Part shown: positions 12,680 through 26,064 of the stretch, piece after piece
Numbering within the stretch: the first letter of the stretch is position 1
Layout: each line of letters begins with the position of its first letter
NCBI GenBank assembly: GCA_002269645.1
Contig: NIVC01001629.1
Span: 186,001 to 250,000, forward strand
Origin: Macrostomum lignano
Lineage: Eukaryota
Direction of reading: 5' to 3'
Length of the DNA: 64,000 bases
Made by a program: the position numbers and the translations under genes
Notes under the pieces: generated by a model
Seen by the model: the letters and a program-made list of their open reading frames with translations, nothing else
Databases searched by the model: none
Told to the model about the DNA's origin: nothing

Positions 12680-13150
12680 CGAGTCAGATGAGGTGTTAGG
12701 TAAGGTGTCAGATAAGCTGTCAGATAAACTGTCAGATAAGGTGTCAGATAAGCTGTCAGATAAACTGTCAGATAAGGTGTCAGATAAGCTGTCAGATAAG
12801 GTGCCAGATGAGGTGTCAGATAAAGTGTCAGATGAGGTGTCAGATGAGGTGTTAGGTAAGCTGTCAGATGAGGTGTCAGATGAGGTGTCAGATAAGCTGT
12901 CAGATAAGGTGCCAGATGAGGTGTTAGGTAAGCTGTCAGATGAGGTGTCAGATGAGGTGTTAGGTAAGCTGTCAGATGAGGTGTCAGATGAGGTGTCAGA
13001 GGAGGTTTTAGGTAAGCTGTCAGATGAGGTGTCAGATGAGGTGTCAGATGAGGTGTTAGGTAATGTGTTAGATGAGATGTCAGATAAGGTGTCAGATGAG
13101 GTGTCATATGAGGTGTCAGATACTCACAAGAGGTGTCAGATAAGGTGTTA
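12680..13150 (-). repeat. 12-bp-based array (GTGTCAGATGAG / GTGTCAGATAAG)
   Basis: Direct reading; reverse complement shares CTGACACC with 12360-12470. Confidence 0.9.
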
Positions 13151-13621
13151 GACGAAATGTCAGGGGAGGCTTAAAACGACCTAAATGCCCTGGCTAGATC
13201 AGCCTGTTGCTCGCAGCCAGGGTGGCCCCACTGACCAGTCCAGCTGCAGCAAATGCCAGCCCTTGAGCACAGTGGAACCGGGGAACTGGGGAAACTCTTC
13301 CCGCCTCCACGGGCCGCTCCTCCCTCGGGCCTTGTGGAGTTGGGGAAGAAGGTCGATGCTGAGGAAATTGAATTTGCGAGCAAGCGACCACCCCTCATTT
13401 CCTAAGCTGCCTGCGCTGCCGGCCTGACAGCTCAGGGAGGCTGGGGATGGAGCTGCTGGAGCTGAGACTCAAGATGCAGCTGTGAGAGAAGAACACCTGC
13501 CTGTACAGGAAGGGGTCAGCGGAATGGGCGGCGACGCCTCCCCGCTGAATCCGAGTGCCCGGAGCCCCCTGCAGCTGAGTCAAAGTACCCGTACGGGCAA
13601 ATTTTTCGGGTCGCGATCGAG

Positions 13622-14118
13622 TGGTTTGATACCCCTGACTCCCACTGTTCGATACCCCTGACTCCCACGGTTCGATACCCCTGACTCCCACTGTTCGATA
13701 CCCCTGACTCCCACTGTTCGATACCCCTGACTCCCACTGTTCGATACCCCTGACTCCCACTGTTCGATACCCCTGACTCCCACTGTTCGATACCCCTGAC
13801 TCCCACTGTTCGATACCCCTGACTCCCACGGTTCGATACCCCTGACTCCCACTGTTCGATACCCCTGACTCCCACTGTTCGATACCACTGACTCCCACTG
13901 TTCGATACCCCTGACTCCCACTGTTCGATACCCCTGACTCCCACTGTTCGATACCCCTGACTCCCACTGTTCGATACCCCTGACTCCCACGGTTCGATAC
14001 CCCTGACTCCCACTGTTCGATACCCCTGACTCCCACGGTTCGATACCCCTGACTCCCACTGTTCGATACCCCTGACTCCCACGGTTCGATACCCCTGACT
14101 CCCACGGTTCGATACCCA
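13622..14118 (+). repeat. 23-bp minisatellite, ~21 copies
   Basis: Unit GATACCCCTGACTCCCACTGTTC. Confidence 0.96.
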
Positions 14119-14169
14119 GATCGGGGGAGGAGACCTACACTTTGATGCCCTTGAAAAGTAAACATTGAT

Positions 14170-14395
14170 GCTTCTGACCCCTACTCTGTGATGCCCCTGA
14201 CCCCTACACTGTGGTGCCCCTGACCCCTACACTGTGGTGCCCTGACCCCTACACTGTGGTGCCCCTGACCCCTACACTGTGGTGCCCCTGACCCCTACAC
14301 TGTGGTGCCCCTGACCCCTACACTGTGGTGCCCCTGACCCCTACTCTGTGGTGCCCCTGACCCCTACACTGTGGTGCCCCTGACGCCTATACTGT
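14170..14395 (+). repeat. 23-bp minisatellite related to the preceding one, ~9 copies
   Basis: Unit GTGCCCCTGACCCCTACACTGTG. Confidence 0.93.
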
Positions 14396-15409
14396 GTCCT
14401 GACTCCTATTGCTTCAACAAAACTGAATATTGGTTAACGTCTGGTTCCGTGGATGGAAACTTTAGAATATTGCTGAGAGTGTACTTGATATTGTTGCAAC
14501 AGCCAACAGACATTTTTTTAAAGACCTCCAGCAGATCAACGTGAGCAACAGCTCGCATAGAATCCGTCAGTCGCGACAAAACGTGATGTCTCTGTGGAAT
14601 CTACCGGTGTATTTGCTCAGACAGGTAGCTCAGTAGAGTGGAGTAATATATCCGCAGGCGCATGGAGGTGTCGGGCGACAGCAGGGCGCGAGTTGGAGTT
14701 AATTAAAGCAAGGCTTGACGGTGCAAACGTGACAGCCGGCACTGGAGCGAACATGACTGCACGGCTGTCCCAGACTCCCATTGAGGATTTAGAATTAAAT
14801 TTCTTACTTCTACTCAATTTACAAAATTTCCTATTCAGTTTTTATCTCAGCTCTCCCAGAATATTACAGGTACAGTAGTGACTGCAGTTGCCGCTCACAG
14901 TGCCCGGAGCCTCAGGGTACAATCACAGAAAATAACATTCATTTTTAGTCGCTGGGACAGAAACAACAGAAAACAGTCGAGCGGCTGAAAGCTGAGAACA
15001 GAATAAAAAAATATTCAATGCGTTCAGCTCTCCTTTCTCAGTCGAGAGGAAAATCTACAGGTTTAGAGTAGCGAAGCCTTGCTGCTTGGCAACGCCAGTT
15101 GGCCATCAGCTCTTTTTGATGCCGCCGCTGCCGCCTTTGAACTCGCTGGCAAACAAAACGCAAACGCATTGGGGACTACGGGAGAAAGTAGCCTCTTTAT
15201 TTCTTTTGTAGGCCTTCTTATTCTCGCCTCAAGCTGCGACAGCGAGGGCTGCAGCTGCCGTGGTCTGCCTCATAGGGCCGGCGGATGCGGCGGCAGGGAG
15301 GGATCTACTTTGTTCTACTTCACATCAGATGTACTCGTAGATGCAGAAAACCAAGGCGGACAGCACGAAAAACTAACACAAGTCTGCATGGCCAATTAGA
15401 GAGGACTTC

Positions 15410-15950
15410 AACGTACAGTGTGCAGCCGGACCGGGGGAAGATGCGATAACCACGGGAACGCAGAATGTACACTGCCAACGTACAGTGTGCAGCCGGACCG
15501 GGGGAAGATGCGATAACCACGGGAACGCAGAATGTACACTGCCAAATTACAGTGTGCAGCCGGACCGGGGGAAGATGCGATAACCACGGGAACGCAGAAT
15601 GTACACTGCCAACGTACAGTGTGCAGCCGGACCGGGGGAAGATGCGATAACCACGGGAACGCAGAATGTACACTGCCAACGTACAGTGTGCAGCCGGACC
15701 GGGGGAAGGGGCGATAAGCACGGGAACGCAGAATGTACACTGCCAACGTACAGTGTGCAGCCGGACCGGGGGAAGGGGCGATAACCACGGGAACGCAGAA
15801 TGTACACTGCCAACGTACAGTGTGCAGCCGGACCGGGGGAAGGGGCGATAAGCACGGGAACGCAGAATGTACACTGCCAATGTACAGTGTGCAGCCGGAC
15901 CGGGGAAGGGGCGATAAGCACGGGAACGCAGAATGTACACTGCCAATGTA
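15410..15950 (+). repeat. 67-bp minisatellite, 8 copies
   Basis: Unit AACGTACAGTGTGCAGCCGGACCGGGGGAAGATGCGATAACCACGGGAACGCAGAATGTACACTGCC; ORF-track starts recur every 67 nt. Confidence 0.96.
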
Positions 15951-16317
15951 CACACATGGCAGCCTATTTATATAATCATTTAAAAGTACATATTAGTGAA
16001 TACGAATTCAAGCCAACACAACAAGAGCTCCCCGTCCGGTCCAGTTCGACAGGTCGGTTGGGGTTCAGTGAGGGCAATTAATGGCTGAAAAAAGAATGGT
16101 TTTAATTAGCGAAGGAAAATTTCATCAGTGGGTCATGCAGAATGATCACCAACAGTGACTTCTTTCGAGGCTGCACTCGGCAAGCTGAGAAAAAAAAGAT
16201 TAAAATTTCTGATGCTTTGGTCTTATAGTTATGCACTGCTTCTTACATTCACCAATTCAACACAATCGCCGAGCCAGCAAGCGTCGCTGCCCCCCCCGGC
16301 CCCCGCTGACGGCCCCG

Positions 16318-17625
16318 TCAATCTTCATCGACCAGTTGGCGCGGCTTTCGCTGCTTCGAGTTCGGCTTCATCCCCTGCTGCTGCTGCTCCGGCGGCTGCT
16401 GCTCCGGCGGCTGCTGTGGCGCCTCCTCGATGAAGCCAGCGGCCTCCTCGTCCTCCCCGATGCCGTCCTCAATCTCGACGGTGCCATTGACTCGCTGGCG
16501 ACTCCGCTCGACGGTCGAGTAGCGGTAAGTCGTGTTGCCCCTCGAACCGCCGCCGGGCCCACCGCCGCCGCCGCCACCGCCGCTGCTGCCGTCCCCGCCA
16601 GCCCGGCGCAGGCAGGCGGGCATGAGGCTCTGGAACTCCTTCTGGAAGTTGTTGTTCATCCAGCCGTACAGGAACGGGTTGTACATCACGGAGCTCATGG
16701 CCAGCACGTGGCAGATGAAGAACAGGCCCTGGAACAGGTTCTCGTTGATGAAGCTGATGTCCTTCACCATCCACAGCAGGTTCAGCGGGATCCAGCAGAT
16801 CACGAAGATCGCTACCATGGCGATGAGCATCCGGTTGGTGCGCCGCTTCCGCCGGATGTCCAGCTCCTCCTTGGTGCGCGACTTGTTGGCCAGCGTGTTG
16901 TTCTTGTAGCGGTTGCTCAGCGTAACGCTCACCCTGCTGTAGCAGACCGTGATGATGGCGCACGGGAGCAGGAACTGCAGCACGAAGCTGATCACGGTGA
17001 ACACGGCCCGGTACTCGGCCTGCCAGTCCTCGATGCAGCTCACCTTGGTGCCGTTGTCGGAGACTTTGATCTTCTGGAACACGGCGATCGGTGTGCTGAT
17101 GAGCACGGCAACCAGCCAGACGATGAAGACGATGAGCAGGCAGAGGCAGGTCTTCATCCGCGGCACGAACGGGTGGACGATCACGAAGTAGCGGTCAATG
17201 GCGATGGCGGTAGAGGTGAGGCTGGAGACGTACACGGAGACCCCCATGGTCATGGGCATCAGCTTGCAGACCAGCGACGGCAGGGTCCAGCTGTCCATGA
17301 ACATGGCGGCTGGGGTCAGCGGCACATTGAGCGTGCTCATGATGATGTCGGAGATGGCCATGTTGGTGATGAAGATGTTCGTGATGGTCTGCATGCTGCG
17401 CTTCCGCAGCACAACGAAGACCACCAGGGCGTTGCCCAGGGTGCCCATGAGGCCGATGGTGGCGTAGAAGGTGATGGTGATGCCGCGCATCCAGGCGGGG
17501 TGGAGGCTGGTCCCGTTGCCGCCCGACATGCTCGGCGATGAGGCTCGGATCTGGTGGGGAGGCTGGAGGGCGGCGGTGATGCCGAAGGCACCTACTAAAG
17601 TTTTGGCGTCTTTTTCTCCCGACAA
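16318..17625 (-). CDS. Intronless class A (rhodopsin-like) neuropeptide GPCR, NPY/sNPF/prolactin-releasing-peptide receptor type
   Basis: Seven TM segments; TM1 GN, TM2 NMAISD, TM3 C...DRY, TM4 W, ECL2 Cys, TM6 CWIPLN, TM7 NPFLY then GWMNNNF; N-terminal NGT sequon. True start may be the second Met (MSGGNGT). Confidence 0.95.
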   Translation of the reverse strand: MSGEKDAKTLVGAFGITAALQPPHQIRASSPSMSGGNGTSLHPAWMRGITITFYATIGLMGTLGNALVVFVVLRKRSMQTITNIFITNMAISDIIMSTLNVPLTPAAMFMDSWTLPSLVCKLMPMTMGVSVYVSSLTSTAIAIDRYFVIVHPFVPRMKTCLCLLIVFIVWLVAVLISTPIAVFQKIKVSDNGTKVSCIEDWQAEYRAVFTVISFVLQFLLPCAIITVCYSRVSVTLSNRYKNNTLANKSRTKEELDIRRKRRTNRMLIAMVAIFVICWIPLNLLWMVKDISFINENLFQGLFFICHVLAMSSVMYNPFLYGWMNNNFQKEFQSLMPACLRRAGGDGSSGGGGGGGGPGGGSRGNTTYRYSTVERSRQRVNGTVEIEDGIGEDEEAAGFIEEAPQQPPEQQPPEQQQQGMKPNSKQRKPRQLVDED

Positions 17626-20089
17626 GAAAATGGAGCGGCGCCGCAGGGGGGGGGGTAATTAAAGGGAAAGCCGGGGAGGAGGAACAGAGGGAAGGCGGAA
17701 AGCAAGAGGTTGAAAATGATGGAGCAGGGAGATGAAAGGCCCGCTAATGGGTCTGCAGCCTTCGAGGCCGCTCAGGGCCTGTTTGATGATGGGAGCGGGG
17801 AGGCTGCCATGCAGGAGAGAAAATTCGGCCGCCGCTCCTTCTCACGCGCGCTTTGGTGTTAAAAAAAGTGTTAAGCAGGCACTCTTTTGATGAAGCACTT
17901 CCGGCAACGTTCCGCTCCCACACCCCACGGCTAAGAAGTTGAAAGTTCTCCAACTTGAATTCTTGTTCGCAAGTCGCTGCCAATTAAGGGACGCCAGCCC
18001 GATTGTCTCGCTAATGAAAAGCCAATAAAAAATGCTTTCCGAGGCCACGAACAGAATCTGAACTTCCAGCGTGAACGAGAGAGACAATGCCTCACAAACA
18101 CAATGGGGGGGGGCAATTGCTATTTGTCCTCGGCTGGGGGAAAGGCTGTCCCGGACCCCCCTGCTCAGAGGCAAAAAGCCGAAACGGGTGGGCCAGCGCG
18201 GGCTCAGAACTGCGAGTTTCGGGAAGCCACAGTCTGGAGGGGGGGGCCGCTGTCCCCTTGTTGGCTGAGCAAGCAAAGCCAGAAGCCAAAGCAGGGCCGC
18301 GCGGATTTCTGGGGTGGGAAGGGAGCGGCTGCTAGATGGATTTGTGTTGTAGCTCGAATCCCAGTTCCTGAGCAGTGAGTTCGCTGGCGGAGTTAATACG
18401 CAACGGGGAGCCTCACGAAAGCTGTCCCCAGGCGTGCCTCTCCGCCTGTAGCGCTCCGACTTTTTCTACCGGCAGATTCTGTGGCTTCTTGCCGCCACTC
18501 ACTTCGGGCGATTCCATTTCGAGTCGGGTCCGCTGCCTCCCCCACTTAGCGGGTGGGGCGCTTGCGAGTTCCCAGGCACCTTGAGCACCGAACCCGCTGA
18601 TGTCACTGAGCTCAGGGGGCTCCTATGGTCACTGTGAGCTCTTGTGAGCTCTCTCTCTTGCTACCGAGTTTTGTCTATGGTAAAACCGCATTTCAAGGTA
18701 ACTTATCTACTCACAGCTACTAACTTGTGAGGGAACAGCTTGTGTCGCCAGTTCCTATCTCTCCAGTGCGCACTGAACTTTCTCCAGTTCCTCAAACCGA
18801 CGGCTGCTCCAGCGGCAGCAAGGTCAGCTGAATTATTGATGCCTATGGGGCAATCGGGACAAGATATTGAATATTTTATTGGCAAAAATATTTTAATTAA
18901 GATGAAATGTTAATTAAATTCAGCAGCCCGGGGGCGCCACTGCGGAGGCGGCCGGGTTTCTTGATCTGAGACAGAGCTCGGCTCGCCCAGCCAGTCGGAG
19001 CAAAGTGCGCCTCACCTGACAAATGCTGACTGCAGGCTCCCCGCCTCTCTGTTGCTTCGAGTCGAGCGAAAGCAGATTTTGCCGGGCTGCCTGAATGGCG
19101 CCAATTTGTAGCGGAGGGCGGGCGGGAAGGCGGGGTGGGGCAGGCGGGCAGCGCGAATGGGAGGCCTCCCAGCAGACTTCGGGGAGGGGATTCTCTGGTT
19201 TTGGGAACTGGCGGGCAGCGCCAGGCAACTCAGCGGGGGGGGCGAACACACGCACTGTGCCGATCCGTACGGACCGCTGGATTCTGTTTTGAACCGAAGC
19301 CCAGCAGCCGCCCAAGGTGGCGCCCATCGATTGCCGCAGCCAAAAACAAACACTCTGGGGGCGAAAGTAATTTCGCAATAAATCCATCATCGTCATAAAT
19401 CAACCCCCCAGACACCTGGGTCGAGCTTGCACTTTCCCCATCCGCTTGCCTGGCAGCGTGGAGAAAAAAGTCTTCGAACCAATAAGCCAAGGCGATTGAC
19501 TTGTCCCCGCTAATCCCAGGCCCGCCGCAACCCCAACATCGGGCGAGGAACCTCGTGCTCAGCAGTAGCTCAGGTTGAATTTCAGACCGGCTCGTCAAAG
19601 CTGAGGCCCCGAGGCAGGCGACGCTTCGAAGGTGTCGAATTTCCTCACTGGCTCAGGCCCGGTGCACCTGGAATGCGAACTCGACTCCCCGTTTGCGCAC
19701 GCCAAGGCTCTCGTGCAGACGTTTGTGTTTCTGTCCCATTTTGAATTGCAACTCCTCATTACAGAAGGTGCTCAACTGCCGGAAACATCCTTCTTCGACC
19801 TGAAGCAGAGGGTTCTCCTAAAATATTTCCGCCCAGCAGAGACATTGTCAACTGATTGCTCAGCGACCGTCGTCTACCAACGATCCGGAACTGCAGACCC
19901 CTTGGACCGCCGTTACCCCCTGCTGGGCCAGTGTCGCTCTCGGTGTGTTTGTTTGGCTTAGGCATGAACGGACAGCAGTGAGGCTTTGCGCTGTCAGTCA
20001 CACCTGCCGGTTGCTGGGGCGGGGGGGGGTACGGATATGCACGGCGGGGCGCTGCTTCGGTGAGGGGAGTTTCTCTGTTTACCGAATGC

Positions 20090-20225
20090 TGACCTGACTG
20101 ACTGACTGACTGACTTTAGCGAGTGACCTGACTGACTGACTGACTGACTGACTGACTGACTGACTGACTGACTGACTGACTGACTGACTTTAGCGAGTGA
20201 CCTGACTGACTGACTGACTGACTTT
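20090..20225 (+). repeat. (GACT)n microsatellite with a higher-order GACTTTAGCGAGTGACCT interruption
   Basis: Direct reading. Confidence 0.9.
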
Positions 20226-20567
20226 AGTGAGTGACCTGACTGAGTTGTTTACTTATAAGCTACTCAGGTCCCCCATATCGTTCGACCTGGCCAACCGTAG
20301 CCGGAGTTCGAGCTCAAGCCATGCACCTGAGCGAACAGTATTTGAGAACGCGGCCACCCGTGAAATCGCCGCTCGGGCGCCCCGAAGAGCCGGGCCTGCA
20401 GATCGGAGCAGCTTGGGGCAAAACAGATCGACTTTGCAAGCAGCGGGGAAACTGATGGCGAACTCAGCCTCTCCCTGGGACGTGATGTTTTCCCTGATGT
20501 AGTCTGGGCTGCCTTCGTGTTACTAGACTTAGATTTTGCATGGGACAGCTGCATGTAGATCGCTTTC

Positions 20568-21063
<496 letters not shown>

Positions 21064-21904
21064 CACGGTGACCTCCATCCATTCCCAGTGTTTAGGCCTA
21101 AACTGAAGGGTTTCAGTCCCTGACTTCAAATTTCAAGTCTCATTAACTGCCAGTCAGCAGAAACAGACGATGGGAGAGCGAGCAGGGTTCCTCGTTCTCT
21201 GCTGCTTTGTGCCCCATCCGATCCTTCTCTTCCGTCTTCCGGCCCCGATGTCTTCTGCTGCTCCGAGCGCGGGCTGCATCCCTGGCCGGAAATTCATTCC
21301 ATGATGGGACCTCGAGAAGCGGCCCGCATGAAATCTCCTTCGAGTCGGGAGGGGGGTTCGTCCGTCAGACAATGGGCTGCAGGACTTGAAGAAGCCCCCT
21401 TCGAGTTTCATCGCAGCCCAAGGATCGAATCCCGAAGCGGGCGGCCATAATCCGGTGGAGTTCGTATCCTTGAGCATTCCAGAGCCTCCCCCAGCCTGTC
21501 CGGGACAGTTTTCAGGCTTTTCTTAGACTGGACAATTTTTGTCCAGGCAATCAACGGGCGGGAGGGCGCATATTAATTAATAGGCATAATTAATTAAAGG
21601 CCTGCTGCATCCGCTCTCCCTCGGAGACTACTCAGCTTCCCCGTTTGCGATTTTTTTCGGCATTTCTAGGAATTATATTTAATCTCTATTTTATTATTCA
21701 AGGATATGATTAGCGCTGCCCTCTTGGGGAATTCTTTTTCATCCACCGGTTTTGCTGCTGCACGCAGAGAAAAGGAATATTGAAGAAGCTGTTTGATGCG
21801 GGGCCGGCAGTGCAAATCTGGAAATCTTCCTCGGCGCCTCCGCTCCCGCAGGTGCGCGGCGCGGTGAGCCGCTTGATTGACAGGCCGCTGTCAAAGTGGA
21901 CAGC

Positions 21905-21985
21905 CAGCCAGGCAGACAGGCAGACAGGCAGACAGGCAGACAGGCAGACAGGCAGACAGGCAGACAGGCAGACAGGCAGACAGGC
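21905..21985 (+). repeat. (CAGGCAGA)n
   Basis: Direct reading. Confidence 0.93.
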
Positions 21986-22324
21986 TGCAGCTTCCCAAGC
22001 TTCATCATTCATCTTGCAGCCAGCCAGTCCAGATGCAGAGCTTGACAACTCTGCTATGCCAGACTCGGGAGATGAGGCTGCAGTGCAGCCATTCGAACCC
22101 CGCGTTGCTCTCGTCCCAGCCTCCCGCAAGAGGCAGTTCCCATTTCCTTGCCTTCCCACTTCATCTAAACAAATACTAGCCACTTCCGCACTGTGCGGTT
22201 GTTATAATTATTGCCGTTATTTGCTCTGGAGAGACTTCTCTGCCTTAGGGAGGAGGGCAGGTGGAGTGGCGAGCTGCAGTCCCAGGGCATCTGACTTGCT
22301 GCTGTTGCTTCTGCTATTTCTATT

Positions 22325-22590
22325 CACTCACTTACTCACTCACTCACTCAATCACTCACTCACTCACTCACTCACTCAATCACTCACTCACTCACTCACT
22401 CACTCACTCACTCACTCACTCACTCACTCACTCACTCACTCACTCACTCACTCACTCACTCACTCACTCACTCACTCACTCACTCACTCACTCACTCACT
22501 CACTCACTCACTCACTCACTCACTCACTCACTCACTCACTCACTCACTCACTCACTCACGCACTCACTCACTCATGAACTCACTCACTTT
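22325..22590 (+). repeat. (CACT)n microsatellite
   Basis: Direct reading. Confidence 0.97.
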
Positions 22591-23431
22591 CCAGTGAGCA
22601 GAAATAAGTGAGCCCACACCACAGCTCACATCAGCTCCGGCTGCGACAAGGTTTACTGAGAATATGAGAACTGGGATTGTGCCAAGCTGAAGGGGATCAG
22701 CCCACCCGCCAGTGCAATGAATAGTTGTGGACCTCATATAGGAAATTGCAATCTGCAGGGGATGCAGTACGCTAGATTATGAGAACTGGGATCATTTTAG
22801 TTTAGTAGTACATCTGAGCACTATAATTGCGAGTAGTGTACGCATATTACGACTCAATTCCTGTTGCTTTTCCCGAATGTAGGATCGATTGCAGCCTTCG
22901 ATCTCTCATCTAGTCTGGACTTTAACTTTGAGTTCGGAAGAAATCAGCGCTTGAGACCGGCAAACAAGCAAAATTCATGCAAAACTTCCCGATCTGTAGC
23001 CCTTCAACTACAAAGTAAGTCGGTCAAGGAATCGGGAGCTGTACTTTTAACCTCAGACAGTTTCGTTTGATTTTTGTTAAAATCAGCTTTTGAATTTGTT
23101 TAAAATTGGATTCGTCAAATTAATTTTTTTTCGTTTCTAACAACTTGAAGCTGATTTTTTGCTTTTTTAATAAAACTCAGCAGCCTTGCTGCATTGTGAG
23201 CAGAGAATTGCAGTTCCCGCGATTGAACTGCTCAGTAATGGCGGCACCGCTGCCAGCACCATTCCACCCGATGAGAATTATCCCCAGGGATTTAAAAGGC
23301 AAAATATTAATATTTGGGGTGATGACAGGTCCTGGTTATCCTGGAGCTTGCACTCCGTTTTTTCATGGGAAGTTATTTTTTGATAAAATTTTGCTTAAGG
23401 AAATGATTTTTCCTCTGTCATCCTCTTAACT

Positions 23432-24130
<699 letters not shown>

Positions 24131-24621
24131 GTCTGTCGGGGAGCAGGCATTCCAGAGCACTTCATCTCGGTATTCCTTTGTCACTTTTAATTCTAAGTCT
24201 TTAGTTCATTTTTTCATCAAGCAGCTTAACTTTGTTTTTCCTTCTCAGCGGGGAATTTTGTCAGAGAAATTCGCCTGTAGAAAATCTGCAGACCCGGATT
24301 AGTAACCCTACTGGAACAGCCCCCCCCACCCTCCCGGTTGAATCGCCCCCCGGCCTGTCATGGCGCTAATCCCTTATCTCCTTGCCGTGAGCAGTCCCGG
24401 GGGTCTCACTGATTCCCTGCATGTGCAGCTCAAGCTGTCAGATAATTAGAGATTTACTCAGACCTTCCCCAGTCGGATGTGAGAAGTGCTCAGGTGCGGT
24501 GAGTCGGTTCGAGCCCGAGCACTGCTCAGTGTTGAGCCGGCCAGTGAGTTGTAATTGAAATACTGAAGCATATCAGCTCTGCAGTGCAGTTTATCGTCAG
24601 TCAGTTCTGTTAGAGATTTCG

Positions 24622-24676
24622 ATGGCGCCTGGAGACCTCCTGCTCACCGCCTGCATCCTGGCCGCAGCTGTCTCTC
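24622..24676 (+). CDS. Exon 1 (signal peptide) of orphan secreted protein
   Basis: ATG, MAPGDLLLTACILAAAVS, canonical donor GTGAGT; phase 1 matches exon at 33545. Not in the ORF track. Confidence 0.65.
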
Positions 24677-24732
24677 GTGAGTTTTCATGGAATTTTCTTT
24701 CAGCCTTCGACCTAGTGGCCTTACTGAGAAGG

Positions 24733-25460
24733 CGCGCCATTTCATTTTAGAGGTGCCATCTCATTTTAGGGGCGCCATTTCATTTTAGAGGTGCCATCTC
24801 ATTTTAGGGGCGCCATTTCATTTTAGACGGGGCGGCATTTCTTTTTAGACGGGGCGCCATTTCATTTTAGAGGTGCCATCTCATTTTAGGGGCGCCATTT
24901 CATTTTAGAGGTGCCATCTCATTTTAGGGGCACCATTTCATTTTAGAGGTGCCATCTCATTTTGGGGGCATCATTTCATTTTAGAGGTGCCATCTCATTT
25001 TGGGGGCGCCATTTCATTTTAGAGGTGCCATCTCATTTTGGGGGCGCCATTTCATTTTAGAGGTGCCATCTCATTTTAGGGGCGCCATTTCATTTTAGAG
25101 GTGCCATCTCATTTTAGGGGCGCCATTTCATTTTAGAGGTGCCATCTCATTTTAGGGGCGCCATTTCATTTTAGAGGTGCCATCTCATTTTGGGGGCGCC
25201 ATTTCATTTTAGAGGTGCCATCTCATTTTAGGGGCGCCATTTTATTTTAGGGGCGCCATTTCATTTTAGGGGCGCCATTTCATTTTAGGGGCGCCATTTC
25301 ATTTTAGGGGCACCATTTCATTTTAGGGGGTGCCATTTCATTTTAGGGGGCGCCACTACATTTTAGGGGGTGCCATCTCATTTTAGGGGGCGCCATTTCA
25401 TTTTAGGGGCGCCATTTCTTTTGAGAGGGGGCGCCATTTCATTTTAGAGGCGCCATTTCA
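24733..25460 (+). repeat. 19/38-bp minisatellite, ~38 monomers
   Basis: GGCGCCATTTCATTTTAGA alternating with GGTGCCATCTCATTTTAGG. Confidence 0.95.
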
Positions 25461-26064
25461 TTTTAGAGGTTGCCATCTAATAAGAGGGATGCTATTTAAT
25501 GTGGGTGGGGGCGCCATTTCATGTGACGGGCGCCACAGCTTTACCGCAGGACGGCGCTGTACTTTGCCAGCCGAATGGGGAGGGGTCGCGGCCCCTCTTG
25601 CCCCCCTTCGGCTACGCAATCTGGCTTCGCCTCGCACTCTCAAGGACCTGTTGAATACCCCCCCCGGTACAAGCAGCTCTCGTATCTCACTCAGCAGTGG
25701 GGCAGAGCAGGCTGAGTCAATATACTCATCTGTCCTCTAAGCCGCGATTCAGACTGGCGATTTCTAATCTCCAGGTAGGGAACACGCTATCAGGGGAATC
25801 AGGGAAGCTGGAAACCCTGTTTGCTGCGGCCCGTCGCTCTGTCCGTGACAAATCAAGTCCACTTGGCCCACAAATCAGTCAGTCAATCTCTGCGTATCCA
25901 GCTTCCTGCATCCTTCATCTTTTAGTCCGGCTAAATTATTTACTAGAGAATATTGCTTGGCGGACTTCTGGCGTCCTTGTGGGGGGGGGGGGCTGAGCGG
26001 TAAGGCAGAACAAATGTAGGGGATTATCTTGTCTTAAATTAGTGCTGGAAATAACCTGACTGCC

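Noticed and set aside
16231-17541. 436-aa plus-strand ORF antisense to the GPCR
   Set aside because: Typical shadow of a GC3-rich coding strand
24500-24520. GGTTCGAGCCC B-box-like motif (similar one near 63556)
   Set aside because: No A box or cloverleaf; isolated motif
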